DNA of 64,000 nt from Stegostoma tigrinum. Taxonomy: Eukaryota. The stretch is from the NCBI RefSeq assembly GCF_030684315.1, contig NC_081357.1:60499517-60563516 (forward strand). Direction: 5' to 3'. Each line of letters opens with the position of its first letter. The first letter of the stretch is position 1. A model generated the notes under the pieces. The model was not told where the DNA came from, made no database searches, and worked only from the letters and a program-made list of their open reading frames with translations. A program made the translations under genes and the position numbers. Positions 1-14,084 of the stretch are shown piece by piece.

Positions 1-1389
1 CATGTCCACTTCATCGTCATCTTGCAGTCTGTTATGATATAAGCTGCAGATGGTGGAAAAGTCACCTTTTGGTTCCTGCTGCCCTGCCATTCATCTTTTA
101 CTCTAAATCTCCCCCCTATGTTTGTGCTAGCCAAGAACCACCTGCCAGTAGTGCCTGCAATTGAAAGCTGAGAGGGACAACAAACGAGAGATGATGAAAC
201 ACGAATAAGTGATCTGACCCTCACAGCTCCAGACATGGTGTGGCTTTAAATCATAATGCAGAAGTAGGATCTGCCTGTGGCTCATTGCCAGGCGTAAGTG
301 GGCTGCAGCCTGGCCTGTGAGGGACTGATGCCAGCTCCACAATTCGTGAAGTCATGCGTGAGTTCTTCTGCAGAGGATTTACTTTGAGACTTTAATGAAG
401 ATGGAACATAGAGAAAGTCTGACAGATATGCTCATTAACTGGCCTGCCAAGGAAGCAGTTGTCATTGTCCTGGAGAATGGGAGGTTCCAGCTCCAAGTTG
501 ACACAAAGATTTATGACTGACCTTAACATTGATTCTTTCCAGTGGGAAAATAATGGCCAACTCCATAAAACACATGTGGACCCTAATTCTAATTCAGCAT
601 CTGACAGTCAATGTTTCAGCTACCTTTGTACCCCACACAGTAGCCACCCGAGGTGGAAGTGGAAACTCAGGCCGAAGCGATGAAATTTCTCTTTAGTGTC
701 GTGCAGGATCAGACTGCTATTATCTTGGTTGTGAATATCACTCCAACATTCCAGCAAATTACTAGGATTCCTGAGACACCAGCTGGGTGAATGAAATTGG
801 CACCTCCCGATATTTACTTTAATCCTCCCACCTTTGCCACATCAGTAGTACCATGTTGTCTGCCAGCCTTCGGTCTGCTGTCATTAATGTCAATGTGGTG
901 TATTCCGTTATGAGAACTTCAAGATCCAGAGCTGGCCAAAGTCATTCTGCCAAGTCACCTGCCCATGGGAAATCAGTAGGCTTTTGCTAACCATTTTGCA
1001 GCCACTGACGTAACGTAGTACTTGAAACTAAACCAGACAAAGGTACCCATATGACATCATTAAGGGAGTGGACACAAACAATTGATTGGGTGTTGTATGG
1101 AATTTTTGAGGATTTTTGGATCAAGATGTTATGGAATGGTTATTTTGCAGTGACATTTATTTCAGGATTGTGAGATAGAAGGCGTTGTGTTGGCCAGTAA
1201 CAGAAATGGGAAGGTGGGGAATAATTGAGCAGTGGGAATATGGGATTTTATTTGGGGCTTTTGGAGCAGCTGGATTGTTATTGGTGGACCCATTGACTGT
1301 CTGTCTGTCCAAAATATAATTTTGTGTATTGATACTAGAACCTATTATAAAGGATGTGACTGGCGAATATTTAAAAATGGTTGTCAGAT

Positions 1390-2790
1390 TGAAAAGAGTC
1401 AACATGGAGTGGAAATCATATTTGCAAACTGAATAGAATTTTTTGAAGATGTTACCAACAGAGTCAATGAGGCATGTGGTGTATTATAGATTTTCAGAAG
1501 GCTTTCGCACAAGAGGTTATTTAATGAAACAGGTAATTTCCCACAGCCCCAGAGGACCATTTTCTCATTAAAGAGAGATGAACAATAGTGAGTTTAATTT
1601 GAGGGCCATGCACCTCCAGTGGGATTGGGTTTGAGAAGGCAGGACCTTCACAGTGACCTCAACTGGAGTGGAAATTGAACCCACACTGCTGCTGTAACTG
1701 TATTTCAAATCAGATGTCCAGTCAACTGTGCTAACTGACCCTTATTAAGCTTAATCAAAGTGCATGTGATTGGGTAATGTACTAGCAGAGAGTGAGGACT
1801 GGTTAAGAGGCAGAAAGCAGAGAATAGGAGTAAATGGATCATTTCTGGGTTGAAAACATGTGTCTAGTCAGTTACTATAAGGATCAGTGCTTTGGTCCCA
1901 GCTGTTCATAATTTATAAAAATGATTTGGATGTGAATGCCAACTGTAAAATTTCCAAGTTTGCAGATGATGCAAAACTTGAGGGAGAATGTGTGCTATAA
2001 AGATGGTGCAAAGGGATGGGATTTAGACAGACTGTGAGAGTGGGCTGAAGTATGGTGGATAGAATATAATAGGGGTAATTGTGAGGCTTTTTATTTTGGT
2101 AGAAGGAACAAATGTGCAGAGTGTTCCTTGAAAGTGTCCCAAAGGAACTTAGGCATCCTTGTTTGTAAGTCACTGAAATCCAGCATGCAGGTGTAGCAAG
2201 CAAATTGGAAGGCAAACAGTATGTCAGCTTTTATTGCAAGAAAATTTGAGGAAAGGAGCAAAGTACTGTTTCAATTATATAGTATACTGTTGAGACTGCA
2301 TCTGGAATATTATTTGGAGTTCCAGTCCCCATGCATAAAGAAGGATATACTTCCCACAAAAGGAATGCAGCGGAGGTTCATCAGACTAATTGCAGGGATA
2401 AATGGACAGTCCAATGAAGAGAGATGCAGGAGACTGGGCTTGTATTCTCAGGAGCTTAAAGAATGAGAGATGATCTCATTCTTGGATGTTTATAAAATTC
2501 TTGTCAGGAAAGACAAGGTTGATGTAGAAAAGATGTGATCCCTGGCTGTGAAGTCTAGAACCAAAGAAAGCAGTCTCAGAATAAAAAGCAGGCCATTAAG
2601 GAGGAACTTCATTCAGAGGATGGTAAATATTTTGACCCAGAGGATGTGGAAGTTCTGTTATTAACTATGCTCATGATGAAGATCAGTAGTTACTTATGTC
2701 ATCAAGATTTGAGAATATAGCAATGAGGTAAGTGATCAAACATGACAGAGTAAGTTTAAAAGGCTGGATGACTCACTCATGCACCTGTAT
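1390..2790 (+). mobile_element. Old, degraded CR1 LINE (RT region and 3' end)
   Basis: Frameshifted remnants including SKFADDAKL (about 1953-1979) and RLHLEY...QRRFIRLI; many stops; interrupted by a SINE. Confidence 0.8.
1530..1742 (-). mobile_element. tRNA-derived SINE inserted in the CR1
   Basis: B-box-like gggttcaatttc on minus; similar to 16680-16882. Confidence 0.6.
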
Positions 2791-3417
2791 TCCTGTGATA
2801 ATGTGCCTCCTCTGTATGTTTCCAGTCCAAACACATAGCACATGGACTATCAACTTCAACAAGGTGGTAATTGGTATCAGCTATGCTGGAAGTCATCAGG
2901 CCCAGAGCAGATGTTATTCTTCACTAATGCCAGCACCTCTGAGTAGACATCTTTTGGCCAAGGGATCTGAATGTACAAGAATTTCAGCTGTCTAATACCA
3001 CTCAATACAAGGCATTGAGGACTATGGACACAAAGACCAAATAGTTGAAATATTTAATTCCTTGGCCCTGAAAGCACAGGCAATAAGCTACGATTGAAAC
3101 ATAAACAGGATTTGTGCTTTTTAAATATGAAAATGGGAATTGCACGTTGACAGCAAGAGCAGGCTTGGCTCTCAGTGAACTGCTGGCCTATCCACTTACC
3201 AATATTGTGGTGCCTCAACAGGCCCTTCCCTGTCTCCATCTATTGACTCTTTTGCATCTAGGTCTGAGGCAAGGCTCCCTGATTTGTTCCACACTGGATA
3301 CTCCATTCAGTTAAACTGGGTCTCTTCTTTATTCACTCACCCCATTGATTGGCCTCAAGAAGATTATTTTAAAAATCAAAATCTTCCCTTGTGGTTAACT
3401 TTCTTCCATACCTGAAA

Positions 3418-3680
3418 GCACGGTGGCTCAGCGGTTAGCACTGCAGCCTCACAGAGCCAGGGACCCGGGTTCAATTCCCGACTGTGTGTGTGGAGTTTGC
3501 ACATTCTCCCGGTGTCTGTATGGGTTTCCTCCGGGTGCTCCGGTTTCCTCCCACGGTCCGAAGATGTGTTCAGGGGTGAGTGGGTTCTAGCGGGATGGGT
3601 CTGGGTGGGATTCTTCCAGGGGCGGTGTGGACTTGTTGGGCCAAAGGGGCTGTTTCCACACTGTAGGGAATCTAATCTAA
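3418..3680 (+). mobile_element. HE1/V-SINE-like tRNA-derived SINE
   Basis: A box tggctcagcggtt, B box ggttcaattcc, V-domain-like gtggagtttgcacattctccc...gggtttcctccgggtgctccggtttcctccca. Confidence 0.85.
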
Positions 3681-5754
3681 AGGTGTGTGTGCTTTAAAAG
3701 GAACCAAATTAACCAGGCTTCCTTGAGTGAACAAAGAATGAGATGGCCACTAAAAGTTTCAATAGTTTAAATTGTGCAAAAGCTGCCTGACAGTTTCTCT
3801 TCCTGTCCTAATATGGGAGACAGGTCAGTTGTAAGTGGGAAAGTGGTGGGCAGGCTGCATATATTTTAAGAAAACCTCCCCATCCACTTGCATCTTCAAA
3901 TACACACGTGGCTGACTGAAAATCAAACAAAAATGCTGCTTTCCTTGCATTGACATCACTTTATTTTATAGCAAGACTAACTTTTTACTTAACTCATTGT
4001 CAATTTGTCTGATTTCAGTTAAACTTCAAAATTTGTTACTCATTATCATTACTGTCCCTTATTTATTCTTAACTTGTTTTCATAAAACTAATTAGTTAAT
4101 TGCATTTGATTGTAATCATATGGCGAATTATCAAATTAGCTTTAGTATTTTTTAATATAGGTAGTATATCTTCTTTCTGCTGCAATTTCCCATGTGCCCA
4201 CAAACTAACTTGAAGCATTTACAGGGATCACAAAGTAGATCTCTGTAGTAATTTGAACTATTTTTCATATCTGTGCAGTTTAAGGCAGACATATTGTTAA
4301 ACCATTTCAGATCATCACAGACGTTTGTTTGTTTGGTGGAATAACGAGAAATTTTTTTTATTTGGCTGGGAATTCAATATTCAGGGCAATGATAAATGTT
4401 TTACATTCAAAATGATGGTTACATTTTATAAAACCTTGTGAATTCTGTATGAATGTTCCAACAAGATACAGATATATTTCATACCACTATTGGTATTTAT
4501 TTACATGTCTTTGCAATGTACGATTTAAAGACTACAATTTCATACTGACACCATCACTATAGAAATAGTTCAAAACTACAACTAAAACCATTTTCAATTT
4601 CATTACCTTGGAAAACAATTGAATGCTCGTTCGTTTTCTAGAGTAGTTCTTGGAAACTAATTTCATTTTTTTTTACAAATGCAAAAGACGAATAGAAATG
4701 CTGACAAAATGTGTAGTAGGTTTTCCTTTTGAGTCACTGAAACTAAAAGGCAATTATTTGAAATTTCTCAATAGGAATTTTTACTTGAAGGAGACATTAC
4801 AATTCAATGGTATTTGTAAGCCTGCCTCCTAATCAATGTGAATGTTTTTGTTGTTGAGATTGGCCACCATTTATAGACATAGCCTTCTTGACATCGCGCT
4901 GTTTCAACAAAAAGGGTGTTCACAGAAGAGCTCTCACGCTAGCGTCATATTGAGGTGGGCCACAAGCCAAACCATGACATGGCCAAATTTAGTGGAATTT
5001 TCATGGAAGCTGTGGCAAGTTGTTGAAATCCACTCTAGAGTCAATTTGCTAATTAATTCCATGGAAGAATTTCAGGATAACTAGGTAATGGCTCAGAATT
5101 TTATCTTATAATCCATCCCAGTTGCTGCTTTTGGTCAGCTGCGTATTTGCTGCCATCTCAGTGGCTTGTCAATTCTGAAGACCAGAACAGTGAAACATCA
5201 AGTTATTTCCATTTCTTTTTTATCTTTTTACATTCATTTGTTTTTTCTCCTACAAATAGTCATATTATTGCATACAGTAAAAATTGTTCAATCTCCCTTG
5301 AAGCTAATATTCAAAGGTTTCGAAAATTCAGTCACAATTGTTCACAAATTACCATAACTCTATTAAGACCTAAAATAAGTATTTCATACCACTCTGCATT
5401 GCGCTAAACATAACTCGCTAAGTGGATTCATAGCAAGCAGACATTGTTGTACTAACTTTGTTTCCACCTCCTCACACAGTGGACAAGAAAGAGGGGAATA
5501 GTGCAAAATGAACAGTTCTTACAATATACCACACTCTGTTTCCATCAAAAAACACAAGTTACTCATTAAAACATAAAATAATCCATTTAAATAATTTCTC
5601 AAAATATAGTATGTCTAACCAACATCCCCCATACTAGGAAATCTAAACGGTTGGATTGCATATTTGCTTTTAGCTGATATACAACTAAAACATGTGACCA
5701 ATATTTCTAGAGTAATTGAGTTGTAAAACAAAGTCATTTGTCTTAAAACCAAAG

Positions 5755-6600
5755 ATAATGGGAACTGCAGATACTGGAGAATCCATGATAACAAAATGTG
5801 GAGCTGGATGAACACAGCAGGCAAAGCAGCATCTCTGGAGTAAAAAAGCTGATGTTTCGGGCCTAGACCGTTCATCAGAAAATGGGGAGAGGGCTCTGAA
5901 ATAAATAGGGAGAGAGGGGGAGGTGGATCGAAGATGGTTAGAGGAAAAGATAGATAGAGAGGAGACAGACAAGTTAAAGAGGCGGGGATGGAGCCAGTAG
6001 AGGTGAATGTAGGGTGGGAGGTAGGGAGGGGGTAGGTCAGTCCAGGGAGGATGGACAGGTCAAGGGGGCGGAATGAGATTACTATGTAGGAAATGGGGGT
6101 GCGGCTTGAGGTGGGAGGAGGGGATAGGTGAGAGAAAGAACAGGTTAGGTAGGTGGGGACGAGCTGGGTTGGTTTTGGGATGCAGTAGGGGGAGGGGAGA
6201 TTTTGTATGTGAAAAGTCTCCTTGGGGCCTGGGATGGGGGTGAGGGAGGAGGTGTGGGGGCAAGTGAAGCACTTCCTGCGGTTGCAGGGGAAGGTGCCGG
6301 GTGTGGTGGGGTTGGAGGGCAGTGTGGAGCAAACAAGGGAGTCATGGAGAGAGTGGTCCCTCCGGAAAGCAGACAAGGGTGGGTATGGAAAAATGTGTTT
6401 GATGGTGGGGTGGGATTGCAGATGGCAGAAGTGTTGGAGGATGATGTCTTGGATCCGGAGGTTGGTGGGGTGGTATGTGAGGACGGTGGGGGGTGGTTTC
6501 TGTTTTGGCGGATGTGGGCACAAGGTGTGAGGGACGTGTTGTGGGAAATGCGGGAGACACGGTCGAAGGCGTTCTGAGCCACTGGGTAGAAAGTTGCGGT
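5755..6600 (-). mobile_element. Penelope-like element fragment (post-RT region, Cys-rich linker, 3' end)
   Basis: LTYHPTNLRIQDIILQHF...PLSAFRRDHSLHDSLV...PCNRRKCFTCP; terminal ctgatgaa...cccgaaacatc motif; same family as 61800-62205. Confidence 0.8.
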
Positions 6601-8049
6601 TGTTGAAAATCTTTAATATTTATTTTACAAAAACGTCATTATTTGACAAGGAATAATGAAAAGAAAAATATTTTGTCTTCTTTCCTACCACATACATTCA
6701 ATTACACTGCATGGCTTCTTTCTGTCTCTGTCTTAGTATTCCATCTATTTAACTTTGCTCTCTCAACATCTCTGACTGTTTCAAACTTGAACTTTGGCTT
6801 TGACTGTCTTAACTACCAACTCCACTTAATGGGTAGGACTGTTACATTTGCCTTAATCAAAGTCCCTGACATACTTTTATTATACTGGTGGATTTCTGTA
6901 ATGCTGGCATGCTTTCAGTTTCTCATGCCTGCAAATTTTGTTTGTTTCTTTCCTACACGCACTTTCTTTCTGACTTTAACTGTGGATTGTAGGGGGTATT
7001 TAGACTTTAGGAGGTTTTTTGATGCATTCCCTGTGTGACACTGATGGAATGCCTTCTCTAATTTTTACTAGACATGTGAAGATACCTATTCCAATATGGT
7101 AACTATAATCACATTCTTCTCATTGACATTGATAGTCTTTCACAATGATCTTTTGGCCAGTACTGAACACTCTAAAATCATTCCCGATGTATCATGACTC
7201 ATCTTCACTTTGTCTTCCTTATCTCTAACTTGTTCATAAATATTTGATTTAAGCAAACAAAAGCTCACCCTAAAAGAGGGTTCAAAAACAATCTCATAAG
7301 GTGAGAAAACTGGTGTAAATGTTAGGGTTATTTTGTATCAGAACAGAAAATTGTTTGGCCTGTGTGAAAGTGAAATATTGAAATTACCGAGTAGCTTCCT
7401 GTGTAGAAAATACTTCAGCAAAGACCTCTTAACAATCGCTAATTCTTTATACAGTACCATATAATGCTATCAGAGTACATATTTCTCCATTCCTACATAG
7501 AAATTATGCAAAATTTTGTAAAATGCATTTAGATCATTTTCTGATACTCACACATTTAAAAACTAACTTATCAGAACATCAATAGATTCATCACTTCTGG
7601 ACAGTGTCAACATTTATTGACTTGCAAAAGTTATAGACCAACACAAGGTACTCTTTCTAATTCACTTCGGCATGTAATCATTCCTATGGCTTTCTTGTGT
7701 TTTTGTAAAGTAATGTAATCTGGTTACAGAATTTCTCATTCTGAGTCACAACTTTTCACCAAATGTACAGCTATGATTATGTTTGCCAGGCTTTCAGATG
7801 AGTCATCTGCAAAGTATGAAAAGTATGAAAATCCTGTGCCCTGAAACTTATAAATTAAAATTTAGAACTACAATGTGTAAACATAATAAGACATTTATAG
7901 AATTTCCACATGAGAAAAAGAAAGAAATGACGTGCGATCAGTGCTTTAGATCCATAAAGGGAAATTTTAAAAATTAAGAACACAGGGGAAGTAAGATCAT
8001 GGAAGAATTCAAATATAGCAAACTTAAAAATTCATTGCATTTAGAAGAA

Positions 8050-8625
8050 TTGTCGATGTTGGTGTGTTTGCTGACCTGGGAGGTTTGATAGCAGATGTTT
8101 CGTCTCCTTACTATGTGACAGCCTCAGTGCTGTGGAGCCACCCGTGAAGCGCTGTTGTCTTGTACCAATTCGAATTTATATGGCTTGGTTTTTACTGCTT
8201 TTGGTAAGTGCCGGTTCCAGCTGTGCACTGTAGTGGTCAGTATATTAGGTCTAATTCAAAGTGTTTGTTGATGGAGTTCGTGGATGAAAGCCAACCCTCC
8301 AAGAATTCTCTGGATCTCCTCTGTTTGACTTGACCGATGATAGTAGTGTTGCCCCAGTTGAAAGTGTGGCTTTTCTTCTCAAGGACATTTGGTCGTGTTG
8401 TTTAGTAGCTAGCTGGTGATCGTGAATGCCTGTTTCTAGTTGTCTGCATGTTTGTCACACGTAGTGCTTTGTGCAGTCTCTGCGTGGTATCTCATAAACC
8501 ACATTCGTCCTGTCTATAGTATCTATTGGGTCTTTAACCCTGGTCGGTTGCTGACTTTGTGTGGCTGCCAGTTGTCATGATTCCTAGTAGTCTGGAATCT
8601 GTGGATGAAGCTGTGGGGGTTTCCA
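8050..8625 (-). mobile_element. Penelope-like element, inverted copy of the 3' part (GIY-YIG region)
   Basis: Reverse complement aligns by eye to about 9590-10270 (NVVYEIPRRDCTKHY vs NVVYKIPCRDCTKHY). Confidence 0.82.
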
Positions 8626-8699
8626 TACCTACCAACAGAGGGAGTGGGACCCCACACCACAGTTAACAAACAGAATAAGTAACACACTACGGAACCTAC

Positions 8700-10305
8700 G
8701 CAGAACAGGACAGATAACAAAAACAGAATTACAAAGGATAAAATCGAATGCAACAACACGCCAAGATTCTATGGCTGCTGAAGGTACATAGCCAGATGTA
8801 CCTCTCAGACCAAGTGTGGCTCCACCAAGAGCCCAATCTCACAAATTAGCAAAGGACCTACAACAAAACTTTAAACATCTAATCAGAAGTTCATGACGCA
8901 CCATGCAATCAACACAAGAATTCCTGGACAACACCAAGAACATTAAAATAGATGAAGAAGAAGTGACGATCTAGTTTGATGTAACAACATTGTTCACATC
9001 AGTTGACAGAAACCTAGCCAAAGAAATCATATCCAACCTACTGAATGAACACAACTGACAACAGAAAGAGGAATAGATCAACAAACACTGTGCCTCAAAC
9101 TACTGGGCTTATGCTTAACAACCCACTTGACATTCAACAGCAAGATACATGAGCAGATCGATGGGACTCCCTTGGGCTCACCCACTTCCGGATTGATAAA
9201 GGAGGCAGTCATGTGAAGAGTGGAACAAACAGCCACCCCACAGGTCCATCCCAAGCTCTGGGTCAGATATGTGGACAACACTTTTGTAATTATAAAAAGA
9301 ATAGAAATTGGGAACACCCACTGACTCATCAACACCATACTCACAGGGATCAAATTTACAAGTGGAAAGAAAAGAGAATGGTGATTTCACTTCAAAAGTG
9401 TACAAGAAATCCACACGTACCGACCAGATCATAAAACATAGCCACAACCACCCCAACTCCCACAAGAGGAGCTGCATTAGGACCCTGTTCAAATGGGCCG
9501 CTACATACTGCAGTACATCCGATCTGCAGGAGGAAGAAAAAGAACACCTCTACATGGTCTTTACCAGGAATGGATACCCCCACAGCTTCATCCACAGATG
9601 CCTAGCCAACAGTCAACATGAGCAGGACACACCAGAACCCGAAACAATAACCACCATACAATATATAAAAAACACCTCTGAACTGACAGCCAGACTACTC
9701 AGCCCGCTAAGAATCATGACAGCACACAAACCGGCAGCTTTACTAAGACAGGACCAACCACAGTTAAAGACCCAGTAGATACCATGAACAGGACAAATGT
9801 GGTTTACAAGATACCATGCAGAGACTGCACAAAACACTACATGGGACCAACAGGCAGACAACTAGCAACCCACATCTGCGATCACCAGCTATCAACTAAA
9901 CAACACGACTAGATGTCCTCGGTTTCAATACACACAGATGAGAAAAGTCACACTTTCAACTGGGAGAACACTACTATCATAGGACAAGCCAAACAGAGGC
10001 CCGCCAGAGAATTCCTGGAGGCTTGGCATTCATTCACGGACTCCATCAACAAACACATTGAATTAGACTCGATATACTGACCATTACAACACACAGCCAG
10101 AACTGGCACCTACCGGAAGCAGCAAAAACCAGACCATATAAATTTGAACTGGCACAAGACATCAGCACTTCACAGGAAGTTCCACAGCACTTGGCAGGAG
10201 GATGTTACCTAGCAAGGGGACAAAATGTCAGCTGTCACTCCTCCCAGCTCGGGAAACACTCCAACATCTACAACCAGCACCCAAGCTACAAATCTTCACT
10301 CAAAC
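8700..10305 (+). mobile_element. Degraded Penelope-like retroelement (RT plus GIY-YIG)
   Basis: Remnants FDVTTLFTS, EQIDGTPLGSP, WVRYVDNTF, VYKKSTRTDQ..HPNSHKRSCIRTLF, NVVYKIPCRDCTKHYMGPTGRQL, REFLEAWHS; stops and frameshifts. Confidence 0.88.
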
Positions 10306-11899
10306 CATAAATTTAGATGAATGTCAATTACAAAAGATCAGAGAAATAGCAGTTTCAGCAGGGAATGTTACGACCTTGCATGGACAGTTACAGATGCTAT
10401 GATGATCATACGGGGATGCATGAGGAAATTGAAGGAATAGAAGATTTGCAGATCACGAGGAATTTCATTTAGAGAACAGACAGAAGGACACCGAAGTAAT
10501 AGAAAGGCTGAAAGGAGTAAATGATATAAAGAAACTTACATGTTGTAATTGAAACAAACTGGACATGCCAAAACCAATTCTTGGAAGTTAAATGGGAGAC
10601 TGATTGGAGTAACAAGAATGCTTAAAGTATCTTCAGAAAAAGGCATGTCAGAAAACAAAAAAAGGCATTGAGACAGTAATGGTAGTGCAGAGAAAACAAG
10701 TTTCCTTAGTCCACCAAAAAGGGAAAGCTGTTGCAAAACAATTATGATCATTCTTTTTTGTATTAGTGACAATGAGACCATTGGAGGCTCTGGGTATTTT
10801 ATCTTAAAGGAGGAGCTGTTTCCTTACGTTTTGAAGCATTTGCTTGCCCATCTCCATATGTCAATCACATAATCAAGGAATTGGTTTTATTTTGTGAATA
10901 ATATTGGGTCAATAAAATTGGCCTCATCAAGGCTAATTGAACAACCAGTACAGGTGAAAGAAACTGAAATGTTACAGGAAGAACATCCTGGATTGTTTCA
11001 TGACTATGTTGTGGCAAAACCTCAGGCCCATAGAATTAGACAGAAAAAGAACAAGTCAATGCAATAGGATTTATTTTAGACATTCAGGTATTGAATATAA
11101 TTTTCCAAAAAATTAACTATAAAGGAAGAAGACAAAGAGAATGAGGCTGATCTGTTTAACCTGTCTGCTTAAATGGAAATGCAACAAACTAATTCAGAAT
11201 TGAAAAATGCATCAGAATAGTCTACTCAAATAATATTCAGCTCTTCTCTTTTGGGTGAGTGCAGATATTTAATGATTGTAGAGATATTTTAAAACACTTG
11301 TATATAAACTTAGAAACTAGTGTAATCTCTGCATTGATCTGAGCGGTCAAAATGTACAACACAAGAAATCAATCAACTATTTTCTTTCGATTTCCTGGCT
11401 AGCATCAAGCCAAATTGAGAGGTTGACTAGCTGGCCTCTGACATCAGAGTTCAACCAGAGACCTAAGAGGAGGTCAGGTTAGATTGGATAAGCCCATGAG
11501 GAGAGGGATTGAAAAGACCGGGGAGAGATCGGGACTCAGTGTTGGGGAACTGACGGTGGGTATGTTGGCATTGAATATCGGGTAAATGACTGGATTAGAG
11601 AGAGATTGGAAATCAGAGAAGTTCATGAGTTATGTGAGATGGATTGGAGAGAATACAGATCAAGGGATCAGAAGCCCAGAGCCATCTTTGGTCAGAAATA
11701 CGGCAGTAGCGAATACAAGACAATTGCTGGGAAATGTTTGAGAGGGAGGGCAGGGTAAATATTGCAACTTCTGGTATTCAGTTAGTGCTGGCAAGATACT
11801 TACCTGATGGATCTAGCCATTTCTGCCTCCCCTACTTACCAGAACCTTGAAAAATCCAGCCCACAGGGACTAAAAATAAAACGCATTACAACTGAGGCA

Positions 11900-12080
11900 G
11901 AGTCAAAAATCACATGACAGCAGGTTATAGTCCAGCAGTTTTAACCAAAATCACAAGCTTTCAGAGCACAGCCCCTTTGTCAGGTACAGTGAGAGGAGAG
12001 CACACAGACACAGAGTTTATAGGCCGAGAGATGAAGGGCAGAGAGATCAAAGGATCAGACAACTGGTGTGAGTGGAGTGA
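11900..12080 (-). mobile_element. Short Penelope-type terminal repeat fragment
   Basis: aaaaatcacatgacagcaggttatagtcc...agctttcagagcacagcccctttgtcaggt; degenerate hammerhead-like core on minus. Confidence 0.6.
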
Positions 12081-12214
12081 GCAAACCTAAAATGGCTGAC
12101 TGACTGCCTCCTGTAAAATAATTTTGTTTAAATAATTTCGTTTAGAATAATTTAAATAATTTATTTGCTCTGAAAAGCAGATATGTTTTTGGCCATTTGA
12201 GGGACAAGGATTTT

Positions 12215-12410
12215 ATTGGTTAGGCCAGCATTTATTTCTCATACTTAATTGTCCTTGTAGGTGCTTTGAACTATTCCAATCCATGTGGTGGAGGTGCACT
12301 TACAGTGCTGTTACAGAGGGAGCAGCAGGTTTTTACCCAGTTACAGTGCAGGACGGATGATATAGTTTAGGTGAGGATGGTGAGGGCTGGGAAGAGAATT
12401 TGCAGGTGTC
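12215..12410 (-). mobile_element. 3' end of CR1/L2-group LINE
   Basis: ggccagcatttatt...taattgtccttg is the reverse complement of the tail at 18520-18560 and 49170-49200. Confidence 0.55.
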
Positions 12411-13463
12411 CTCGTATCTATTGCACAAGGCTTGTTCCGAAGTTTTAAGTTTCAACTTCAGACCCGTTACCCCCCAACCACTGCAACTAGGACCCCGTCC
12501 AACCCATTGTCAGCGATTTAAATTAGTCTCCATGATTAATTCTAATATTTATTTTCAAATTTTATGTAATTGTTGAAACTATTTCATTGAAACATAATTA
12601 TCGTGCTTGCTTTCTGAGACAAAACTGAAGGTTAAGAAATGTTTTTGTTACTTAATACATCCTTTTAAAAAAAGCCCTGTGTGGCAGTCTATGTGTTACA
12701 GTACACAGAATTTACAGATATTATATCCTATAGTGTGCTAGTGAGAATATTTGACTAATCAAAGAAGTACATTATTTGGTGAGGCTGGAGATGAAAATCT
12801 AGGGAGTGAATGCCTTCCACTTTGTTACCATCATGTCAGGGAAGATTCAGCAGAAATCCCATTTGAGCTTGTAATTGTGTTTAAAACAGTTCTTTGCTGA
12901 AATTATGATGACCAAGCAGGCATTTTAGTGAAGTGATAGGAAATTGTGATTGCTTCTTAAATCAAGGTAAAACTAATTCATTACTTGAAATGTAACACAC
13001 ATTGGATAAGATTTTAACTCATTCATAAACAAGGCCTTGCTCAGTCTTGAAATCAGGCCAATTGGATTGCTGCTGTTACACTAGAATATTTGTACTTGAT
13101 TGTCTTTGACGTGTGTATTTTTCAAGTTTAAGATAATTATTTATTTCCAGTGTTATACATGAAGACTACTGAAATTATTAATGTTTTGTTAATAGAAATT
13201 ATTCATTTAAAGAAGTATTGGTGGGAAATGCACAGTTGTATTTCCTTATTTCTTATGAAGCAATATAAATAAATAAATAATTGTCATAAAATTACATGTT
13301 TAACTTAGTGCCTGACAAAATACTTTTAAAAAGTACAAAGAATAATGGAAGTCTTTAAATATTTTAGTTGGTTGTTTCTGGGCCAGTGTTTTGTTTTTAC
13401 AGGCACCATGATTAAATATTCCTACTCAGCTTTATTTGAAAATGTTCTGCTGCTCTTTTTCAG

Positions 13464-13565
13464 AACTGTCCCGCAGGCTTCTACAGCACAACTGATGGAG
13501 AATGTTTGCCATGTAACTGCCATGGACATTCAGAACAGTGTCTTGCTGATTCTGGAATCTGCATT
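13464..13565 (+). CDS. LAMA4: Laminin alpha-4-like coding exon (LE repeat), phase 0-0
   Basis: tttttcag|AAC...ATT|gtgagt; 102 nt; NCPAGFYSTTDGECLPCNCHGHSEQCLADSGICI, resembling LAMA4 KCNAGFFHTLSGECVPCDCNGNSNECLDGSGYCV (recalled). Confidence 0.92.
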
Positions 13566-14084
13566 GTGAGTGGTTGCTGCTACTATGTACTGAATAATGT
13601 TAAGTTGGATTTTAATCTTAATAATGATAACAATTTAACTAGTTAAAGTGATTCTGCTGAATATTACAAGTTATCACGCTTCTCTTTCCTAATGACCTTT
13701 CTCATTCCTTATCTGGTACATTTAATGACTTAGGCTCAGATGTTTTGCCAGCTGTTTCTTTTCAGTCTACACTCTGTTGTTACTACATGGCTTTACTTGC
13801 AAGGCAAAACCAAGCTGAGAAAGATTGCAGACAACATGGATTGCTCAGACATTTTTAAAGTGGAGCACTTTATTTTGCAAAATAGCCATGTTATGGAATT
13901 TTCAGTAAGAACTTGACAGACGGGAAAGTCAGATGTCATTTGTTTCTGATTTACTGCTTAAGAGAACTACTCTTCATTCACATTTCCACATTAGTTGAAT
14001 ATAAAACTATACCAGCCTGTCAAACTGAAAACATGCTTCAGAGTCATGAAGCAACTGTTTAAAAATCAGCAGTGTGAATAAACT

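Noticed and set aside
3418-3490. tRNA genes at A/B-box sequences (also 48887, 58830)
   Set aside because: No complete cloverleaf; each continues into a SINE body and tail
6060-6582. Overlapping Pro/Gly-rich ORFs on both strands
   Set aside because: Shadow frames of the GC-skewed Penelope fragment
1-13463. Additional upstream laminin exons (signal peptide, L4 or LN domain)
   Set aside because: No Cys-patterned or splice-bounded laminin-like frame recognised by eye; a short divergent exon cannot be excluded
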